Shown piece by piece: positions 31,801 through 40,800 of a DNA stretch of 60,340 nt. Location: IMG/VR virus record IMGVR_UViG_3300021599_001640, one strand, 5' to 3'. Position 1 is the first letter of the stretch; each line of letters opens with the position of its first letter. Position numbers and translations under genes: made by a program. This DNA is from an uncultured virus (IMG/VR IMGVR_UViG_3300021599_001640) (Duplodnaviria > Heunggongvirae > Uroviricota > Caudoviricetes). The notes beneath the pieces were generated by a model. That model was not told the origin of the DNA and searched no databases. It saw nothing but the letters and a program-made list of their open reading frames with translations.

Positions 31801-34800
31801 CCGCCGCGACGATAACTAATGGATCTGTTTCAACACTATATGTAAACTCTGGCAATATTAACACGGGAATTATTACTGGTGCTATAATCACTAATGCAAA
31901 TATCACTACTTCATATACAAATCAAGCTAATATCAATAGTGGTATTTTAACATCTGCAGTAATAACTAATGCAGGCATCACAAGTTCATACACTAATGTA
32001 GCTAATATTAACGTAGGATTCATAACTGCGGCTACGGTTACTAATATAAATGCCACGAATTCTTATACTAATACTGCTAATATTAATAGTGGCATCATTA
32101 CTAATGCATCTATCGAATATGCAACAATTCAAAATGCAGGAATTTCAACATCTTATACAAATCAAGCCAATATTAATGTTGGTGTGATTACTGCGGCAAT
32201 AATAACTAATGCCAACATCACCACATCATATAGTAATGTGGCTAATATTAATACTGGAATTATTACTTCGGCTATAATAGATTCAGAAGTAGTAACAAAT
32301 TCTAGTATTTCTACATCTTATACAAATCGTGCTAATATTAATGTTGGTGTAATTACTGCGGCAACAATAACAAATGCGAATGTTACCACTTCATATACAA
32401 ATCAAGCTAATATTAATACTGGTATTGTAACAACTGCTCATATAAACACTGCATATATTGGATCAGCAAATATAAACATTGGGTTTGCAACTTATCTCGG
32501 TGTTACAACTAGTTTAACTGATAGAGCAAACATCAATGTTGGTGTAATTACCTCTGCTGGAATAACTACCGCAACTATTGATAGATTAAATGTAAACACT
32601 GGAGTTGCAACTTATTTGGATGTAAGAGTTTCTTATTCAGGAACCTCTTATGTTAATACAGGTATTATTACAAATGTAGGAATTACTTCTGGTTCTGCTA
32701 ACCTGCTTTATCTTAACGCCGGTATTGCAACTTATCTTGGAATTACTAGTAGTGTAACTAATGAAGCAAAAATCAATGCAGGTATTATAACAAATGCAAA
32801 TATAACAACTGCTACTGTCAATACTTTAAATGTAAATAGTGGAATTGCGACTTATCTTGGAATTACAACAGCGGTAGCGACTGCATTTAATATTAATACT
32901 GCATATATTAATTCTGGTATTATAACCAGTGCAAACGCAAGTTCACTAATAGGACAAAATGTTAATATTGTTAATGGTAACGTAGATAATTTAAATGCAA
33001 CTCTTGGATTCGTTACTCACTTAAGTGCAACAAACATCAATGTAAGTGGTATTTCTACACTTGGTAATGTTAGAATTGGTACTGGTAATACAAGTTTAGT
33101 TGTAACTGGTAATGCAAGAATTACTGGAATTTTAACAATTGGATCGTCTTCAGTAACAATAAATGGAAACAATAATAATGTAAGCGGTGTTAACAGTATT
33201 ACCGGTAACGTCGGTGTATTTACGAATGTTCAAGTTTCTGGAATTAATACATTTACTTCTCTTAGAAATAACGTTACATTTAAGACATCACAACTTGGAA
33301 TTGCAACCAATTATGATTTGGTTTTACCACCAACATTAGGTCAGAATGGACAATTACTTGGTTTAAATGCAGATGGAACTCTGGGATTTGCAACTGGTAC
33401 TGGATTGTATGAAAACAGATATTATGTTTCTTCAGTTAATGGTGATGACGCAAATGATGGTAAAACTCTTCCAGTTAAAACCATTAAGAGGGCATCACAA
33501 TTAGCATCTTTTGATAGCTTTATCATTCCTGGTCAAAGATACCTTGATGCTGGTAATTTAATTGAATCCAACAAAGAATTCATTAAAGAAGAAGTAGTAG
33601 CTTATCTTGAATTCAACTATGAGGATATTTCAACTCGTTTGATGGATTATGATCCAGTAATTTGTAAAAGAGATATTGGATATCTTGTAGATGCATTAGC
33701 TTATGATATTAGATTTGGTGGAAATTCCAAGTCTAGAGAAGCTGGATTAGCGTATTGGTCTGGTGCTACTTCATATGTTGCAGGTGAAGAAGAAGAGGCT
33801 ATTTTTGCATATGAGTATATTAAATTCCTTGGTCAATATATTATTAATAACCAGTCGCCACCAACCCTTTATCAGACTGCAGTATCTCAAACTTTTGATT
33901 TTACAATTATTGATGATCCAGAGAATACAAATACAAACTACTTCCATAGATCTAAAGATGCTAGAAATCTGATCATTGGCAACCGTCAAGAAATTATTGA
34001 TAAGTCTCTTGCATCTGTAGCTCTTGCTGCTACAACTGGATTCTACTTCCCAGGTGAACAAGAAACTAATGAAAGATCCAGATATTATGATTCTTATAAG
34101 TTAATCCAGATTAACAAACAAGAAATCGTAGATAAATCAATCGCATCTATTGCTATTGGATTCCCAACAGGATTCTATGTTCCAGGCCCTGGAGTCACAT
34201 CAACTACAGAAGATTCCAGATATTATGATGCTTATAGATTAATCCAAATTAATAAGAGTGAGATTGTTGCTACCGCTTTAACTGCAATATCCGTTCAATA
34301 CCCAACACTTTGGTCTTCTGGAGTTTCTTCAGCTAAGTGTCAGAGAGACTTGGGATACTTTGTTGATGCAGTCTCTACTGATGTCTTTACTGGTGGTAAT
34401 AATTATGCAAGAGCTTTCACAGGATTCTATTTTGTTGGTGTAGGAACTACCAGTTTAGCTGGAGAAGAACAACAAACAATTTACGGATTCCAACAAGCTG
34501 GAACTCAGATGAGAAGAGCTATTACAAATCTTCTCACAAATAAGAATTTGAATGTTTCTAGTGGACCAGAAACATATAACGGAGGTGGAGGTAACGTAGG
34601 TGTTTCCAGTACAACTGCATGTACAGATGTACAAAATACCATTGTTTCTCTCGTTGGAATCGTAACTGCAGCAATAGGAGTTGGAAATACTAGTGGACTC
34701 CCTGCAGTAAATTACGGTGATTTTGATCTCAACGTCATTGGATATGGAATGACAGAGGGTATCTGGAAGTGTGCTAGAGATACCGGATTCTTTATTGATG

Positions 34801-37800
34801 CCGTTTCTACTGATGTGTTTACAGGTGGTAATAATTATGCTCGTGCATTTACTGGATTCTATTTCAGTAATGTAGGTAATCTTCTTGCGGATGGTTTAGC
34901 CGGAGAAACCGCAGAATCTAATTATGTGTTTGAGAGTGCTAGAGATTACATGAAGAAAGCTGTTACCAATCAGCTTAATTCTAGAGATCTTACTATTACT
35001 GCAGATCCAGTAACTGGATTTAACACTGATCCTAATTCTTGTTCTAATGTAAGATCAACTATTGATACGTTGACTGGAATTGTTACAACAGCTGTTGGTT
35101 CTGGTAGTACTGCTGGAATTGGTGCAACAACAAATTATGGATATTTCTTGGTCAACTCTACCTATAATGTAAGTGATTTTGTAGGAATTGGAACCACTAA
35201 TGTTGTTGGTGGACGTAAATGTGCAAGAGATCTTGGATACATTGTCGATGCTGTTGCTCAAGATATCTCTTACGGAACTAACCAACATATTCTTTATGCA
35301 ACTAAAAAGTACTTCGATGGTGCTGGTGCAGCAAGAACAGATGGATTGTTGGGTGAAGAAGTAATCTCAGCTTACGCATTCCAGAGTTTAGGTACTTATG
35401 CAAAGAGAGCTGTAACAAATTGGTTAAATTACCAGGATTTAAGTATCCAAAATGATGTTAGTGTTGGATCCACAAACAAAGATGTAAATGTTTGTGCGAA
35501 CATAAGATCTAATATTGATAACCTTGTTGGAATTCTTACAACTGCAGTCATTAGTGGAAGTATTGTTGGAATTGCAACTACAAACTTAGGTTTAACCGAT
35601 TGTGCGGATGTCAGATCTGCATTAGTTAACTATGTTGGCATCATTACAACTATTGTTGGTCTTGGCACAACTGCAGCCCCAGCATTGGTTGCACCAGGAA
35701 CACAGTCACAACCTGTTTGTATTATCGTTGAGGCTGGAAACTATGTAGAAGATAACCCAATCATTCTTTATGATGATGTTGCAATCGTTGGCGATAACCT
35801 AAGAAATACTATAATTAGACCTGCAAATGCTGGTAAAGATTTATTCCGTGTAAGAAATGGAATCTATCTCACTGGTTTTGCTATGAAGGATGCGATTGAT
35901 CTCGCAGGTGTTCCCCAAAATACATTTGATTACGCTGTAGCTTTTGATGATCCTTCGGATAATCTAACTTCCAGAGCCGGTTATGCTACTAAATTAGACA
36001 AACCAACTATTACTAGATCTCCATATATTCAGAACTGTTCCATTCTATCATTCTTAGGTGGTAATGGAATGTTGGTTGATGGAAATAAAGTACTAACACC
36101 AAACGTACCTCTTATTTCTGAAGAGGTAGAAGTTGGTCCAGATGCTATTCAACCAGAACAAGGTAAGTCCATGGTTGCCGCAGCATTTACGATGGTTTCC
36201 TTCGGTGGTATCGGTTGGCGTGTTATTAACGATGGATATTCACAGGTTGTTTCTTGTTTCCAAATTTTCTGTAGATATGGATCCCTAGCGCAGTCTGGTG
36301 GATACCTATCCATTACAAACTCTGCAACTAACTTCGGTTTATATGCTTTAAGATCTACTGGATATAGTAGAAATTCGTTCATTTTTGATCGTGGTAGAGT
36401 TGCCGCGACTGGCACTTCTGGTGGATTACAAACACTCAAGGCAGTTGGATATGGTAGATCTGATGTTGAAAACTATATTCTCAGATTCTTCGATGGAAAT
36501 GGAGTTGATAGAACTTCACAGTTCAAACCAGCAGTAACAGTAAAAGAATTTAATGGAGCTACTGGAGTTGGTCTAACTGAGAATACTATTACAATTACAA
36601 CTCACGGATTTAATAATGCTGATCCAGTTATTTACAATGGAGACGAACAAGTAATTCCAAATAGAATTGTTGGTGGACTGGTTAACGACAACCAATACTA
36701 TGTTGTTTATATTGATGCTGATAATTTCAAGTTAGCTGAAGATGAGTCATTGAATACCATCGTTGACTTGACTTCACTAAGTACTGGTATTCATACTATT
36801 ACAAAGTCAACTCAAGACTTCTTCGTAAAAGAAATTATTGATTCACATAATTCATATCAAAAACTAACCCTTGCTGGAGTGGGTTCTACAGCATCGTTTG
36901 TTTCTGGTAGATTAATCAGTCAAACTGTAGTTGGAGGAACTGCAACTGGATTTGCGGTAACGTATAACAACACTACTAGAGAACTTATTGTCGCATTAGA
37001 ACTTTCTTCTGGAGTTAGAAGGAATTTCTCAGTTACTAATGGAACAACAGTATTAAACATTAATGATCACAGTCCATCTCCGATTTCTATCGGGGTAAGT
37101 GCTGTTGTCGGATTAACTACTTATTGGACTGTTGAATTTAAGACAGATTCTACAATAGCTGGAACACTCGTTCAGAATATTGGAACTTTACCTGAAGTGT
37201 ATAAACTACACTTCCACAGACCATCTATTGTAAACTCTTCATCACACACTTGGGAATTCTCTGGTTCTGGTATAGATTATAATGCTCTCCCACAAAATGG
37301 AGGTCAAACCGATCCAAGATCTGAACAAGTTTCTGAACTTGGTGGTAGAGTTTATTCATCCGGTACCAATGAACTTGGAGACTTTAAGATTGGTGATTCG
37401 ATTGTTGCCTATAACAGAACTGGTAACATTATCTTCAATAATACTGTTACTATTGGTACTCTTGATTCTATTAGATTATCGCTGTCTGGTGGTAACGTAA
37501 TTGAAGAGTTCTCTACGGATACGGATCTTGGTGATAATGAAATTGGTGGACCTAAGCACTCTAGAGTTCCTACACAACTTTCAACTAGATCATTCTTGAA
37601 TAATAGACTTGGAGATTTTATTGATAAATCAGTTTCTACAAACGCTATTCCTAACGCTGTTGTTCAACTCAATTCAATCGGTCAAATTAATGCTGATCTA
37701 ATTCCACCAAAAACTGTCAATTACTATAAGTCTTCAGTAGATGGTGGAAGAACTCAGTTAGTTAACTATATTCCTGCTACTAGCTTAGTATCCGGAGATA

Positions 37801-40800
37801 CTGTAGTTGAGCCAACAGATTCATTCGTTCTAATTACTGATACTGTAGGTCAATATTTGGTTCTAAACAATTCAACTGTCTACAATTTCCTGAATGGGGA
37901 TGAAGTAGTTAGTGTAACTTCTGGTGGTGGTGCAATTGGTGTTGTAACTGCTCCACCAAGAATTGGAGTTGGTTTAGGTACAACTACATTATCTTTCCCA
38001 AATGTAGGTTATGGAACTACTGGTCTTGTCAGAGGCGTACCTTTAACATTGAATTCTTTAGTTGGTGGTTCTGGATACAATAATCCAGGAATCTATACGG
38101 GTGTTCGTCTTGATACTTCTACTGGTATTGGAACCGGAATTACTGCTACGATTACAGTTGGTGTTAGTGGAACAGTTACTAATGTTGCAATTAATACTGG
38201 TGGATACAAATTTGCTGTAGGTGACGTATTAACTCTTAATAATCCCACTCCAATTGGTGGAAGAACTGGTGGATCTAACTTTACTGTTAACATAGCTACT
38301 GTAGAAACAAGGCTCTATCTTGCCCTTTCTAATGGACAGAAATTCCCAGGAAGTTCTGCACTTTCAGACTTCGTTTCTGATAGAAATGCAGTTGCTATTT
38401 CAACTAATATTGGAATAGGATATACTGTAACCTTCACCCCTACGGATATTAGCGTTGGCGGTAGTGTTGACTTTGCAAATGATAGAATTGTTGTTGGATC
38501 TGGTCATAGTTTTGTTGATGGAGATCCAGTAATTTACCGTAGTGGTGGTGGAACTCCAATAGGTCCACTACTGGACACTACAACATATTATATTAAGACT
38601 GTAGGTTTAACATCTGTTCAACTTTATTCAACCTATGCACTTGTAACTATTAAAGATCTGACAAGTAGTGGTACTTTAACTCATTCATTGAGTCGTGTTG
38701 GGGTCAATACTTTAACTGATCAGATAACATTTAAAAACCATGGATTGAGTCAGGGTGAAGCAGTAAAAGTCACTGGTAATACTCCAACCGGAATTACTAC
38801 TGGTAGTTTCTACTTTGCTGGATCAGTAACTACAAACTCATTTACATTCCATGAAACTAGAGCTGCGGCTTTAGCTTCTATTAATGGTCTACTTCTAAAC
38901 ACTGTAAGTTTGGCAGGAGGCACCATTAATAGTGCTGTAGGAATTATGACTCTTACAGAGCAAAATGTTGAGTATTCTAGAACTGTTAACACTTCATCTT
39001 CAGATACCAATAATTGGTCACTACTTTCTGTAGGAAGTTTAGATGCGTCCAACATTATTACTGGTACATTATCACCATCTAGACTTGGAAGTGGAACTGC
39101 TAATGACCAGACATTCTTGAGAGGTGATTCTTCATATCAGAAAGTAATTACTTCAGTTGGAATTGGAACAACTCAACCAATTGGTGTAACTGCTACTAGT
39201 TCCGAACTAGCCCCAGGTGGAGTTGGAGTTAATACTTACTATGGAAATATCAACATAACTCTGAATAGAGCTCAAACTTCTTCAGATGAATATTCAACTC
39301 TTGGTGTATCTAGATTCAAGTCTTCTACATTTACAGTTGGTACAGATGGTGCTATAAGTATTAAGAATTCTGTGACTGGAGATGTGGATGCTGCCACTCT
39401 AGGTGGTCAGAACAGTGCATATTATCTTGATATTCTCAATAGTACTGGAACTCTACCAGTAACAAGAGGTGGAACTAATCTTACTGCAGCTCCTTCACTT
39501 GGATTTACTTTACTTGGAAATGGAAGTTCTTATACTTTAACTGGAAGTCCAGAATTTGCAGGAGTAGTGGGTGCTGGATTCACTGTTCTAATTGATAAAG
39601 ATATTTCTTTTGCAAATAGTTCAAATTGGACGGGCAATAAAGCTGCGAAGATTCAATACTTCAACGGTTCTCTTTATAATCAGTATACAACGAATTGGAT
39701 TCTTAGAAATTCTGGAGGAACAGATGTTGTAACAGTTAGTGTTGCTGGAACAGGTACATTTACTGGAGCAATACAAGCAACAAGATTCACATCAACTCAG
39801 GCTACAGGAACTGCACCATTCACAGTTTCTTCTACTACATTAGTAACTAATTTGAATGCAGATTTACTTGATGGGAAGAACACTGGAACATCTGGAAATA
39901 CAATTCCACTTTTAGACGGATCAAATACTTGGTCAGGAACACAATTATTCTCAAGTTCATTTGAAGCTGAAGCTAAAACCAAGGACGATATTACTACAAG
40001 AACTAAGAGTGGTTTCTGGCAGACTGACACTGCTACAACTGCAGAAGGTTGGCCACAAACAACAAATACTTGGTATCACCTTCTCAGTTCTACACATAGT
40101 AATACAGCGAATTACTATGCAATGCAGTTTGCTGGAAGTTTTTATAATAGTAATGATATTTACTATCGTTCAACAAATGGTAGTGGAACAACAGCTTGGA
40201 ACAAGTTATGGCATCAAGGTAATGATGGTTCTGGATCTGGACTAGATGCAGATTTACTTGATGGACTCAACTCTTCAACAACTAATACGGTAAGTACTAT
40301 TGTTTCTAGAGATGCTTGGGGTGGATTTAGTGCAGGTATTGTTACGGCTACTTCTTTCGTTGGACCTCTAACCGGTAATGTAACTGGCAATTTAACTGGT
40401 AATGTTACAGGCAACCTAACAGGTAATATCAGTAATACTGTTACAGGAACTGCTACCACAGAACTAGTTCGTGGTAACATGGCTGATAATGATTTCTTCC
40501 GCATCCTTATTGGTGGAACAACTTCTAACGCTGGTTATGTTGAAATTGCAACTGCAGACGATGGAACAGAACCAATTTATGTAAGACAGTACAGTGGTAC
40601 TTTTACATCCTTACAGAGAACTGCAACTCTTCTTGATGGTTCCGGTAATACTACGTTCCCAGGTATTGTTACCGCTACAAGATTTATTTCCAATGTATCA
40701 ACAGGTACAGCTCCATTTACTGTCACTTCTACCACACAGGTAACTAATCTTAATGCATCACTATTGGAAGGTTACTCTACTGATAGTGCAAATACTGCAA

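Noticed and set aside
29800..33060. CRISPR-like array
   Set aside because: Repeats are degenerate, in-frame multiples of 15 nt inside a CDS, with no unique spacers.
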